Assembly: GCA_963808645.1 (NCBI GenBank)
Contig: CAWEGU010000005.1
Location: 93,442-157,441, forward strand
Source of the DNA: an uncultured Alphaproteobacteria bacterium
Lineage (GTDB): Bacteria; Pseudomonadota; Alphaproteobacteria; Rhizobiales; Beijerinckiaceae
Direction: 5' to 3'
Length of the DNA stretch: 64,000 nt
Below, piece by piece: positions 1 to 9,150 of the stretch. Numbering within the stretch: position 1 is the stretch's first letter; the number at the start of each line of letters is the position of its first letter. Under the pieces are notes generated by a model that did not search any database, was not told where the DNA came from, and was given only the letters and a program-made list of their open reading frames with translations. A program made the translations under genes and the position numbers.

Positions 1-1
1 C

Positions 2-991
2 ATCAGCCGAGGCGGCGTCCTGCCAAACGCGCAGTACCTGTCGCTTTCGGGAGGCGGAGACAAGGGCGCCTTTGGCGCTGGACTGCTCGTCGGTTGGACC
101 GCACATGGCGACCGTCCGAAATTCAAGCTCGTCACCGGAGTGAGTACTGGCGCTCTGACCGCGCCGTTCGCTTTCCTGGGCCCTGAATATGATGCGGCTC
201 TCACTGACGTTTATACCAACATCGACCCATCGAAGGTCTTTAAGAAGAGGTTCCTGCCCCTCGCCGCGCTTATGCAGGACGCGATGGCCGACACGAGTCC
301 GTTGTTTGGAACTATTTCACACTATATCAACGAAGAGATGCTCGCGAAGATCGCCGCGGAATACGAGAAAGGACGACTGCTGCTGATCCAGACCACCGAT
401 CTCGATGCCGGTCTGCCAGTCCTGTGGAACATCGGAGCGATCGCCGCAAACGGACATCCAAGCGCGGTTGATCTCATCTGTCGAATCTTGCTTGCGTCCG
501 CATCCATACCAGCGGCGTTCCCACCGGTGTTGTTCGACGTCACTGCTAATGGCAAATCCTATCAGGAAATGCATGTCGATGGCGGCGCTGTCAGCCAAGC
601 GTTTCTTATTCCGCCCAGTCTCGACGTGCGCATTGCACAAGAAAAGTCCGGGTTCCGCAGAGAGGCCTACGTTACTTATACCATTCGCAATTCCCGCTTG
701 ACAACCGAATGGAGCGATGTGCAGAGGGCAACCCTTCCGATTGCCGGCAAGGCCGTCTCGATAATGATCAACTATGTAGGCCTTGGCGATCTCTATCGGA
801 TTTATCTGGAGGTGCAGCGCGCTGGCGCAGGCTTCAATGTCGCTTACATCGGCGACGACTTTCAGGCAGAGCACAAGGAGCAATTCGACCAGGGATACAT
901 GCGCGCTTTGTATCGCTTCGCCTACGAGAAGGCAGCGAGGGGTTATTCGTGGGAGCATGCGCCACCGGGGTTTCAAGCCGAAGACCGGTGA
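2..991 (+). CDS. Patatin-like phospholipase (5'-partial)
   Basis: Frame is open from the window edge: SGGGDKGA glycine loop, GVSTG nucleophile elbow (G-x-S-x-G), HVDGG catalytic Asp motif. Confidence 0.85.
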   Translation: MSRGGVLPNAQYLSLSGGGDKGAFGAGLLVGWTAHGDRPKFKLVTGVSTGALTAPFAFLGPEYDAALTDVYTNIDPSKVFKKRFLPLAALMQDAMADTSPLFGTISHYINEEMLAKIAAEYEKGRLLLIQTTDLDAGLPVLWNIGAIAANGHPSAVDLICRILLASASIPAAFPPVLFDVTANGKSYQEMHVDGGAVSQAFLIPPSLDVRIAQEKSGFRREAYVTYTIRNSRLTTEWSDVQRATLPIAGKAVSIMINYVGLGDLYRIYLEVQRAGAGFNVAYIGDDFQAEHKEQFDQGYMRALYRFAYEKAARGYSWEHAPPGFQAEDR

Positions 992-1066
992 CGACGTTGG
1001 ATCAATAAGAGCTGGTCTACGACGCCATCGTGGCGCGAGTGAAAGAGTACGTCCTCTGACGCTTCC

Positions 1067-1771
1067 TTATCCTCCTTCCGTCGACCCTAATTTATTCGAG
1101 CCACGCAAATTATCGATCAGGATGTAGACGCTTACCAACAAGACCCATGCAGGAAAAATGAACAGGGCCCAGTCAAGATAACCGCTGCCAATAAGAAGGA
1201 ACAGAGCAGACGCGTATCCCAGATAGGCAATCAAACGTGCGACAAGCTGGGTCTTTATGGCTAGCGTAGACGTAGAGATCATAAAAACCGCAGCCATCTT
1301 GAATGCGTAAATCTGCATGGCGTCAAAAGCGAATGCGCGGCCGAATGAAAATGAAGGAGAGCCGACTAGCGCGCCGGTTGCAACTGAATAGGTATGGATG
1401 AGACCTCCCATAGCCGAAGCTGAAACGAATATCATTCCAAGGAACAAGAGACCGCTTCCCAAGAAAACAGTCGCAAAAAACTGGTCTTCCTTCTCCCCCA
1501 GGCGATCACGCAACACGCCGAGAAACCACAGGAAAGCAACTCCTGCAAATGGAAGGAGGTTCAAGGCAAGAGACACTCTTTCCGAACCCGTCTTTAGCCA
1601 TGAACCGGTCTCGTGGGGGCTAACGGGCACTGACTGCCAAAATAACCAGAGGCTGCAACTGAGGAGGAGAGAAAAAAGGATACCGGCGATGGCAGCCGCT
1701 CGCGGCGTTTTGAGCCCGGGATGAATTAGGGGCGGTTTAGGATCAATTATGTCGGGGGATGGATTTTGCAT
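1067..1771 (-). CDS. Hypothetical multi-pass membrane protein
   Basis: 234-aa ORF with about 5-6 hydrophobic segments; no family recognised. Confidence 0.7.
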   Translation of the reverse strand: MQNPSPDIIDPKPPLIHPGLKTPRAAAIAGILFSLLLSCSLWLFWQSVPVSPHETGSWLKTGSERVSLALNLLPFAGVAFLWFLGVLRDRLGEKEDQFFATVFLGSGLLFLGMIFVSASAMGGLIHTYSVATGALVGSPSFSFGRAFAFDAMQIYAFKMAAVFMISTSTLAIKTQLVARLIAYLGYASALFLLIGSGYLDWALFIFPAWVLLVSVYILIDNLRGSNKLGSTEGG

Positions 1772-2006
1772 TGTGTCACACTCCCAAGGGCAACGCGTGC
1801 GCGACGCATAAGTGACAAATTTTCGTTATTTGGGCCGTCGCGGCGCGGTGTCTTCGAATTCCGCCGAATAGCTCTCGCGAGCCGCGTCCGTATCCAGAGC
1901 GGCAGATGTTGCAGCAGTCGCCTGGGCGTTGGCTGGCTTATTGGCCGCGATGACCAACGCCTCGCCGATGAAGGCCGATGCCGCGATCACCTGAACCGCC
2001 GCTCAG

Positions 2007-3001
2007 TAGCACATCGCGACGCTTGATGCCGTAGCAATTCTTCGATGCATTGTCTTGATCTGTTTGTCGATAGTGGTCCTTGCTCATGTGTCTCTCCTAA
2101 ATGCGAGCTCGCCGCGCATTTCAGCGTGTCGGTTTCTTTCGTCGTCAGGCTGATGAAGTCTTTTCGGGCGACCGGAGCGCTCGCTCCCAAGCCGAGCGGC
2201 GGACGCCGCCACGCCAAGCTTGATCCGCATCGGGCGTTTCTGCTCGGCCGCGTCGCCGAAAAAGCCGACATTACAATGCCGGAACTCTCGGCTGAACTCG
2301 CCATGGCCAGCGGCACGAAGGCTGATCCCGCCTCACTGTCGCGCTGGCTCATCCGCACCGGTTATCGCTTCAAAAAAACTCTGCTGGCGGGCGAGCAAGA
2401 TCGTCCCGACATCAAAGCGGCGCGCGAGGAATGGACCACCACACGCCAGCCGCGCATGCGCCTTGAGCCGCATCGGCTGGTCTTTCTCGACGAGACCGGA
2501 ACGACAACCAAAATGACCCGTCTGCGCGGCCGCTGCCCGAAGGGCCAGCGGCTCCGCTACAAGGCGCCTTTCGGGCATTGGATGACCCAGACCTTCGTCG
2601 CCGGCCTGCGCTGCGACAAGCTCACCGCTCCCTTCGTCGTCAATGCCCCGATGAACCGGCGCATCATCGAGACCTATGTCGAAAAAGAACTCGCCCCCGC
2701 CCTCGACAAAGGCGATGTCGTCATCATGGACAATTTGGCGGCCCACAAGAGCAAGTCCGCCGAGAAAGCCATCAAGGACAAGGGTGCATGGATCCTGTTC
2801 CTGCCACCCTACAGCCCCGACCTCAACCCCATCGAGATGGCGTTCTCAAAACTCAAGGCTCATCTACGCGCCAAGGCCGTCCGGACCATCGATGCCCTCT
2901 GGCAGGAGATCGGGCACATCTGCGATCTCTTCGAGCCTGCCGAATGCCAAAACTACTTTACCGCCGCCGGATATGGATTCAGCTGAGTGTCCGGCGCTCT
3001 A
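2007..3001 (+). mobile_element. IS630-family insertion sequence (left end degenerate)
   Basis: Transposase inside; right end ...GTGTCCGGCGCTC-TA at 3000-3001; a TA at 2007-2008 with only weak similarity to the right inverted repeat. Confidence 0.65.
2045..2986 (+). CDS. IS630 transposase (N-terminus eroded)
   Basis: DDE motifs [29 protein letters not shown]; HTH region [13 protein letters not shown]. Confidence 0.9.
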   Translation: MHCLDLFVDSGPCSCVSPKCELAAHFSVSVSFVVRLMKSFRATGALAPKPSGGRRHAKLDPHRAFLLGRVAEKADITMPELSAELAMASGTKADPASLSRWLIRTGYRFKKTLLAGEQDRPDIKAAREEWTTTRQPRMRLEPHRLVFLDETGTTTKMTRLRGRCPKGQRLRYKAPFGHWMTQTFVAGLRCDKLTAPFVVNAPMNRRIIETYVEKELAPALDKGDVVIMDNLAAHKSKSAEKAIKDKGAWILFLPPYSPDLNPIEMAFSKLKAHLRAKAVRTIDALWQEIGHICDLFEPAECQNYFTAAGYGFS

Positions 3002-3050
3002 GCCAATTCAATCCAATTTTTTTCGCCTGCTGTTCATCGTGTTGGAAGTG

Positions 3051-4268
3051 TCACAGGCCGGCCAATTTGTTAAGGACCCTTTGGACCAGCTCCGCAATGG
3101 GATACTTGAACAGAAATAGCGGCAACATCGGCAGCAGCGCAGCGATCACGACAGCTATCAACAGCCGCGTGCTTACCGGGACCCAGCGCATATTGCGCAC
3201 GATTCCGACGCTGCTGGACAAATCAGCCAGAGACTGCAAATCGGCTGTGCCCAACAAAGGATCCGCCGGGATAGTGGACGCGTTCAGCCATTTGTTCTCG
3301 AAGTCGTTCACGTAACGCGTCGCGAACACCATGTAGTCGCTCAATCCTTTCTCCTGGCAGGCCCTGAGCTTGAATGCGAAGACGCACGGGGGGAGAAATA
3401 TCAGCGCCAGTTCCACGATAAGAGTGAGCGCAAACGCGGGGTAAATCACCTCGAAGACCGTCTTGCCTGAAGAAATTTCCTCGGCGAACGATGCGGACAC
3501 AACGATCGAGATCGCCAGCACCAAGGCGGTGAAATGGGTCTGCACAACTTCCAGATATCCGAGCCCCGCGGCGCCATCGGGATGAACCGGCACGAGGTGG
3601 AGATCCAGTTTCGCCAAGCGCCAGAGGAAGCGACACCAGAGGGCGATTCGCCAAATCCAGCGAAACATCAGGAAGCGAAAGAGCGGCAGGCAAACGATCC
3701 AATACCACAGACCGGCTAAGGGAACATCGCTTAGGGATCGGGTCGGGTCGAGCGCCGCCGTTTTTCCCGACAAGTGTAGCTCCGCCGCAAACAACGATAA
3801 CAGTGCAGCAGCCAACAGGCACATTGCTTCCGGCAGCCACGCGTCTTTCCATCGGACTATGCGTGCGATTTCGGATTCCAGGGTCGGCAGCGCGTTGCTG
3901 GGCACGACCCCGGAACGCACGATCGTGCTGACAAAGTCCCTCAATCGAGGGTCCAACGACGATTCGCACAAGAAGAACAGCGGAATGACCACCAGCAAGC
4001 GAACATTCGCGGCGATCGCCGAAAGCGAAAACAACTTGTCACTGACACCCCCGATGGACGCTAACGCAAGCAAAATTGACCATGAGAGCAAACCCAGAGC
4101 TAGCCCCAACGCGACCGTGTTCGTTTCCCCGCGGACGAGGCCCAGGCGCCGCCCAAGCCGGTGAAGCGGGCCGCCGAGCAGTGAAAAATTCTCAAGTCTT
4201 CCGCGTTCTTCCATACTTCGTGACTCGATTGCCAACGAACTCATGTTTTGCCGTGGCGCAGCGCTCAA
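3051..4268 (-). CDS. Hypothetical integral membrane protein
   Basis: 405-aa intact ORF with many TM segments. Confidence 0.7.
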   Translation of the reverse strand: MSAAPRQNMSSLAIESRSMEERGRLENFSLLGGPLHRLGRRLGLVRGETNTVALGLALGLLSWSILLALASIGGVSDKLFSLSAIAANVRLLVVIPLFFLCESSLDPRLRDFVSTIVRSGVVPSNALPTLESEIARIVRWKDAWLPEAMCLLAAALLSLFAAELHLSGKTAALDPTRSLSDVPLAGLWYWIVCLPLFRFLMFRWIWRIALWCRFLWRLAKLDLHLVPVHPDGAAGLGYLEVVQTHFTALVLAISIVVSASFAEEISSGKTVFEVIYPAFALTLIVELALIFLPPCVFAFKLRACQEKGLSDYMVFATRYVNDFENKWLNASTIPADPLLGTADLQSLADLSSSVGIVRNMRWVPVSTRLLIAVVIAALLPMLPLFLFKYPIAELVQRVLNKLAGL

Positions 4269-4364
4269 AATTCGCTCCCGTCATATGAACGATTTCCCGC
4301 CAGTGATAAAGGATATCCTGCCGGAGGCGTTTCCACACTGCTCCTCAAACGCGACGAGTGCGCC

Positions 4365-4496
4365 GACGCTGGACCATTGTCGGCAAAGCTGCTGCAGAAC
4401 GGGACGCTGAAGACCTACAAGGGCTTCCCGCACGGCATGCCGACCACGCAGGCAGACACGATCAATGCCGACCTGCTAGCGTTCCTCAAAGCCTGA
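4365..4496 (+). pseudogene. C-terminal remnant of a non-heme chloroperoxidase-like alpha/beta hydrolase
   Basis: DAGPLSAKLLQNGTLKTYKGFPHGMPTTQADTINADLLAFLKA carries the catalytic-His PHG motif; the rest of the gene is absent. Confidence 0.75.
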
Positions 4497-5050
4497 CGCT
4501 GAGGTGATGGCACTGGCGACAAAGCAATCTCTGTCCTAGGGACTAAAAAAGGCATCGTTATTTGATGACGTCACGTCTGCTTGTGGCGCAACTCGGACTC
4601 AACCTGACGTCCGGCTCGGGTCCCCAAAGCGCCGCAAAGCGGACATCGGTCAGGCCGCCCTAAGCTCTATTTATGAGTTCACGCTGTAGTACAATTTTAG
4701 CCTGCACTAAATTTCCACTTATATATACTTACAATTGGGAAAATTTAGCAAAATTCTATGCGCGATGATTGAGCGCGCCGCCCGTATGATCCTCGAATCC
4801 CCCTGGCCTTTGTCTGGGACTAAAAGAATTACTAAGACCATCCACGCCGATGGCCAGCCAATCAAACAGTCGCGAGACGACGGCGATCGGCTATGCAGAT
4901 TAAGCGCGGTGCTGCAAGCACTCGGAAGATGACACGCCGACTGCACGAGCGCAGCGTCGGAAAACCCCGCCGTTGCTTCCCATGTGCTTCCCAATCGAGG
5001 TTTCTGGGAAGCAGCGCATCGCACTTAACGAGCTAACTAGGTGATTTCAT

Positions 5051-5097
5051 TGGTGAGCGCGATGGGATTCGAACCCATGACCTCCTGATTAAAAGTC
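5051..5097 (-). other. 3' half of tRNA-Lys(UUU) = putative att site (not a full tRNA)
   Basis: Reverse complement GACTTTTAATCAGGAGGTCATGGGTTCGAATCCCATCGCGCTCACCA: anticodon loop TTT, T-arm GGTTCGAATCC, CCA end. No D-arm or 5' acceptor strand upstream; integrase starts 170 bp away. Confidence 0.85.
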
Positions 5098-5108
5098 CCG
5101 CCGCGCCT

Positions 5109-5248
5109 CATATCGCTGGTTAACACTGAGAGGCATTCTAACAAAAATAAGGCCACGTAATCAGACTAGTGAAGGATAATCCTATAGCATCGCATATCAC
5201 GGGCTAACACCAGTTGACAGGCCGCGATGTTTGCCCTATCGTTGCCCT
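5109..5248. repeat. Candidate integrase arm-type sites
   Basis: CATATCGCTGGTTAACAC (5109-5126) vs CATATCACGGGCTAACAC (5193-5210), 15/18 identical; TTGCCCT twice, 11 bp apart (5231 and 5242). Confidence 0.45.
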
Positions 5249-5268
5249 TAATCGCCATCTGATTTTCG

Positions 5269-6531
5269 GTGCAACCTGTGACTCAACTATTGACAGACCG
5301 AACCTTGCGGGGACTGAAACCGGCGCCGCTGGGCAAGCGGACCGTCCTTTGGGACAGCGCGGTTCCGAGCCTTTGTGTCCGCGTGACCGATAAGGGCGCA
5401 GCGTCCTTTAATGTCATGCGGCGCCTTCATGGACGCGTCATTCGCCGGATGATCGGCGTGGCGTGGCACCTGCCGCTCTCGGCCGGTCAACCGCTCCCTT
5501 ATTCGCTTGCCAATGCGCGAGACGATGCGCGGGCCGCGATCCTCGATATTTCCCGTGGCATCGATCCAAAGGCGAAACGGGAAGCGGCGCGGCATGCTAA
5601 GGCACAAACCGCGCGCGAGACGTTTGCCGCCGTGGCGAAAGAATTCTTGGCCGATCATGTCTCCGGCCTTCGATCGGCCCGCGAGGTTGAAGCGGCCTTC
5701 AATAACGAGCTTTCCCCAGTTTTTGGCAAGAAGCCGATCGCGGACATTTCCGACGCGGACATTGCGCGCCTGCTCAAGAGCATTGCAAAAAGCCGCCCGT
5801 ACATGGCCCGGCATATTTTTGCCTATCTCTCGAAATTCTTCCGTTGGGCAATCGCGCAGCGCTGTTACGGCGCTGCCGTCTCGCCTTGCGCCGGGTTGTC
5901 GGCAAAGGATCTGCTCGGCAAGCCGAACCCCCGAACACGCGTCCTAAATGATAGCGAGCTGGCGGCCGTGTGGCGGGCCACGGCTGGACTTACCTATCCG
6001 GCCGGCCCGTTCGTACGGTTGTCGCTTTTGACCGGCCAGCGGTTGCGGGAAGTGGCGGAAATGGCATGGGATGAGGTCGATCTCGAAAAACGGCTTTGGA
6101 TTATTCCGCCAGGAAGGATGAAAGCCGACGCGGCGCATATCGTCACGCTGGCGCCGGAAGCCGTCGCGATCCTTGAAGACTTGCCCCGATGGGCCGGCCC
6201 GTTCGTCTTTTCGACAACTAGCGGCCGGCGGCCTATCGCAAATTTTTCCGGCATTAAGGAAAAACTCGATGCGCTTATGCCTAGCGTCGAGCCGTGGCGG
6301 TTCCATGATTTGCGGAGGTCGATGCGAACCGGACTATCGGCCTTGCGTGTCCCCGACACGGTTTCGGAGCTCTGCATCGCGCACACGCAAAAAGGGCTAC
6401 ATAAGATTTATGACCAGCACGCCTATTTTGACGAAAAGCGGTCCGCCTTCGATGCTTGGGCACACCACTTGTTCGCCATTTGCGAGCCGGACACGCCGGC
6501 CAATATCATTTCATTCGCGGCGCGAGGATAA
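5269..6531 (+). CDS. int: Tyrosine recombinase/integrase (P4-like, arm-binding N-domain)
   Basis: LTDRTLRGLKP N-terminus; catalytic residues LLTGQRLREV (R), FHDLRR (H-x-x-R), HTQ...IYD (H, Y). Confidence 0.92.
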   Translation: MQPVTQLLTDRTLRGLKPAPLGKRTVLWDSAVPSLCVRVTDKGAASFNVMRRLHGRVIRRMIGVAWHLPLSAGQPLPYSLANARDDARAAILDISRGIDPKAKREAARHAKAQTARETFAAVAKEFLADHVSGLRSAREVEAAFNNELSPVFGKKPIADISDADIARLLKSIAKSRPYMARHIFAYLSKFFRWAIAQRCYGAAVSPCAGLSAKDLLGKPNPRTRVLNDSELAAVWRATAGLTYPAGPFVRLSLLTGQRLREVAEMAWDEVDLEKRLWIIPPGRMKADAAHIVTLAPEAVAILEDLPRWAGPFVFSTTSGRRPIANFSGIKEKLDALMPSVEPWRFHDLRRSMRTGLSALRVPDTVSELCIAHTQKGLHKIYDQHAYFDEKRSAFDAWAHHLFAICEPDTPANIISFAARG

Positions 6532-6612
6532 GGGCCGCTAACGAAAACACGCGGATAGCCCGACGGGGCGACAAGTCGAGAGTGCATCGCTCGATTTCCG
6601 CGTGTCCTTACG

Positions 6613-7125
6613 ATGCGCAGATGCACGCAAATGGAAGACGAAAGACAACTTGTCAGGGATCTCGCCAAACGGCCCTACAGCAAACAAGCTCTTCACGACG
6701 TTCTCGATGCTTTTAATGACCTGTCCGGCAGGGACAAGCGCGCCCTCGTGGCCGAGGCCATGTCCAATCTAAACATCACGTCAGAAGACTTGGCGAAAGC
6801 CGGCTACGCCTTTGCGAGGCTAGGCGCCGGACTTGAGCGTCTTGCGAGGACTCTTGCGAGGATTGATCTAGAGCAGGTGATATACCACTATGCTCTACGG
6901 CTCGCGCCTTTGCTGGCGCGCGAGAGAAAGGCCGCGATCTTTGACGCCGCGGTGATCGATGAAGCGAAGAAGCTCAACATAACGCCAGCGATCAGCTCAA
7001 AATTCGCCGAGACCGTAGGTCCCGGACTCGAAAAGCAAGGGTTTAAAGCTGGTCGCGTAAAAATCCTAAATTCAGTACGCAGATCAAAATCGATGCGCAA
7101 TCGCCGCAATAGTACCGGTTCTTAA
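6613..7125 (+). CDS. Hypothetical protein
   Basis: 170-aa ORF between int and alpA, same strand. Confidence 0.5.
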   Translation: MRRCTQMEDERQLVRDLAKRPYSKQALHDVLDAFNDLSGRDKRALVAEAMSNLNITSEDLAKAGYAFARLGAGLERLARTLARIDLEQVIYHYALRLAPLLARERKAAIFDAAVIDEAKKLNITPAISSKFAETVGPGLEKQGFKAGRVKILNSVRRSKSMRNRRNSTGS

Positions 7126-7161
7126 GTACCCGCATTCATGTAGTACATGTTCTTAAGAACC
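7110..7161. promoter_or_regulatory. Direct-repeat operator upstream of alpA
   Basis: TAGTACCGGTTCTTAAGTACC (7110-7130) and TAGTACATGTTCTTAAGAACC (7141-7161), 18/21 identical, 31 bp apart; the second contains the palindrome GTTCTTAAGAAC. Confidence 0.5.
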
Positions 7162-7214
7162 GATATTTCAGCCTCGCTCAACGTCGCTTATCTCATTGCA
7201 GAAACTAACTTACG

Positions 7215-7466
7215 ATGGGAAGATCGCGCATGACATTAGTTCGTTTCCGCTATCTACAAGAGCAGGGAATTTTCAACGACCGGGTCGCGCTGTCCCGGGC
7301 AATCGATCATTACGATTTCCCGAAACCAATTGCGCTAGGTAACAACACGCTCGCCTGGGATCTTGAGAAAGAGGTCGAGCCCTGGCTAAAGTCGCGACCA
7401 CGGAGGACGCCAAAATGCTCATCTTCAAAATCAAAGCGACTTCCCGCTATCGTGGATGCCGGTTGA
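7215..7466 (+). CDS. AlpA-like regulator/excisionase
   Basis: FPKPIALGNNTLAW...EVEPWL resembles the AlpA consensus FPxPxxLG...W; size and position fit. Confidence 0.75.
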   Translation: MGRSRMTLVRFRYLQEQGIFNDRVALSRAIDHYDFPKPIALGNNTLAWDLEKEVEPWLKSRPRRTPKCSSSKSKRLPAIVDAG

Positions 7467-7469
7467 AGC

Positions 7470-7928
7470 ATGGGCTTTCAGAATGCTGGGAGGGCCGCCC
7501 TTGATTCACCAAGGAACGGCCCTCTTGATGCACACAGCTTGGCGGCTTGTTGTTGCAACCTTCCTAATAGCGCCTCCGGCCCAGCGGAGCAAGGCAAAAA
7601 GCGCGGTGGCCGCGCGTCGCGCCAAAAAGGCAACCGTCTTGAACGCGCGATCGTGCGCCTGTTTCAAGATCACGGCGTTGGCGCCGTACGCGTCCCGCTT
7701 TCCGGATCTGCGGGCGGTTCCTATTCAGGCGATTTAACCGTCCCGATCCTCGGCCGCAACCTTGTCGTCGAAGCCAAGGCCCGCGCCAATGGATTCGCGC
7801 AGTTCTATTCGTGGCTCGAAGGCCGCGACGCTCTCATTATCAAAGCTGATCGGCGCAACTCGCTTGTCGTGCTGCCTTTGCGCGTGGCTGTTGGAATTGC
7901 GATTGCGGCGAAAACGCGGAAACCATGA
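7470..7928 (+). CDS. Holliday-junction-resolvase-like (Hjc, PD-(D/E)XK) nuclease; true start probably later
   Basis: SRQKGNRLERAIV...RVPLSG...GDL...VEAK pattern. Confidence 0.65.
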   Translation: MGFQNAGRAALDSPRNGPLDAHSLAACCCNLPNSASGPAEQGKKRGGRASRQKGNRLERAIVRLFQDHGVGAVRVPLSGSAGGSYSGDLTVPILGRNLVVEAKARANGFAQFYSWLEGRDALIIKADRRNSLVVLPLRVAVGIAIAAKTRKP

Positions 7929-8347
7929 GCTGCGCCTTTCCGCCTATCCTTGCGCGGTTGATCCCGAGACTTGGTTCAACATTCGATGGCGAGGTCGTAG
8001 CGACCGCGCGAGCGATCGAGCGTGTCTTAAAATCCGAAAGACGCGATTGGCACGACCTCGCCCGAGCGCTTCCTGCGCTCGCTCCGCCCCCGCGAGCCAC
8101 GCGCGAAGCTGCGGACGAAGGCGCGCCACTGTGGGGCAATCTCGATAGCGAGGAGCGCCTTCAGTGGCTTGCTGCACTCGCCTCGGAGCCGGGGCTCAAC
8201 AACTGGTCGAGATCATTTGTCGACTCCATAGCGGCACAAATTAGATCAGGGTGCCGGCTTAGCCCGAAACAACTTGGGTGCATCGACAAAATTTTAGCCG
8301 CGGCCTGGCGACGAGGCTTCCGCCATGATGCAAGGCGGCGCGCATGA
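7925..8347 (+). CDS. Hypothetical phage-type protein
   Basis: ATGA overlaps at both ends couple it to its neighbours. Confidence 0.6.
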   Translation: MSCAFPPILARLIPRLGSTFDGEVVATARAIERVLKSERRDWHDLARALPALAPPPRATREAADEGAPLWGNLDSEERLQWLAALASEPGLNNWSRSFVDSIAAQIRSGCRLSPKQLGCIDKILAAAWRRGFRHDARRRA

Positions 8348-9150
8348 TCGCTCCTCATTTTGCCACCTGCGCGATGTGGTGGGCGCGGCGAGGCTTTGCG
8401 GTTTTCCCCGTTGTGCCGCGGGGCAAGCGCCCGCTCGGCAAGCTCGTCCCGCACGGTGTCAAAGATTCCTGTCGCGAGCAGGAGACGATAGCGGAATGGT
8501 GGCGCCGTGCACCAAAGGCGAACATTGGGCTCGCGGTCCCAAATGGCGTTTTAGTCGTCGATTTAGATGGCGACCAGGCCTGTCGGAATTGGGTTAATTT
8601 ATGTGGCAGGAACGGTGAGCCGGACCAAACGCTTTCCGTCACAACCGGGCGCGGGCGGCATGTTTATTTCAAAACGTCCGTCCAAATCGGCAATTCGACT
8701 GGCCGGATAGGCCCCAGCATCGATACTCGCGGCCCTGGAGGATATACTATTGCACCACCGTCAATACATCCTGGAGGCGCAATTTATTCTTTAGATGGAC
8801 ACTGTATCGAGATTTCCGAGGCCCCGCGCTGGTTAACCGATTTGGCGCTTGCGGGCATCAAGCCCGGCGAGATGGAAATTCCGCCCGCTCCCCCATTACG
8901 TGCGACGCATGGCTTCGGAACCTTGCATGCCGTTGAGGGCATTGTCCGCGCCGTCGCGGGCGCCAAGCCCGGGGAGCGAAATTCCCTGACCTATTGGGGG
9001 GCATGCCGAATGCGGGAGAAAATTGCGGAGGGAGCAATCTCCTGCGTGCTCGGACAGGCTCTGCTTTTCGAAGCCGCGCGGCGGACGGGACTTCCAAAAA
9101 TTGAGGCGCACAAGACGATTGCCAGCGGGATTTGGGGCGCACATGGATGA
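8344..9150 (+). CDS. Bifunctional DNA primase/polymerase (Prim-Pol) domain protein
   Basis: GFAVFPV, PKANIGL, VVDLD, TTGRGRHVYF, IDTRGPGGYTIAPPSIHPGG motifs. Confidence 0.88.
   Translation: MIAPHFATCAMWWARRGFAVFPVVPRGKRPLGKLVPHGVKDSCREQETIAEWWRRAPKANIGLAVPNGVLVVDLDGDQACRNWVNLCGRNGEPDQTLSVTTGRGRHVYFKTSVQIGNSTGRIGPSIDTRGPGGYTIAPPSIHPGGAIYSLDGHCIEISEAPRWLTDLALAGIKPGEMEIPPAPPLRATHGFGTLHAVEGIVRAVAGAKPGERNSLTYWGACRMREKIAEGAISCVLGQALLFEAARRTGLPKIEAHKTIASGIWGAHG

Noticed and set aside
4570-4690. Rhizobiales-type short interspersed repeat (AAAGCGGACATCG-like)
   Set aside because: Only a vague resemblance from memory; single copy here and boundaries cannot be defined.
5051-5126. Complete tRNA-Lys gene
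   Set aside because: The sequence upstream of the anticodon stem has no D-arm and no GAGCGCG acceptor strand.
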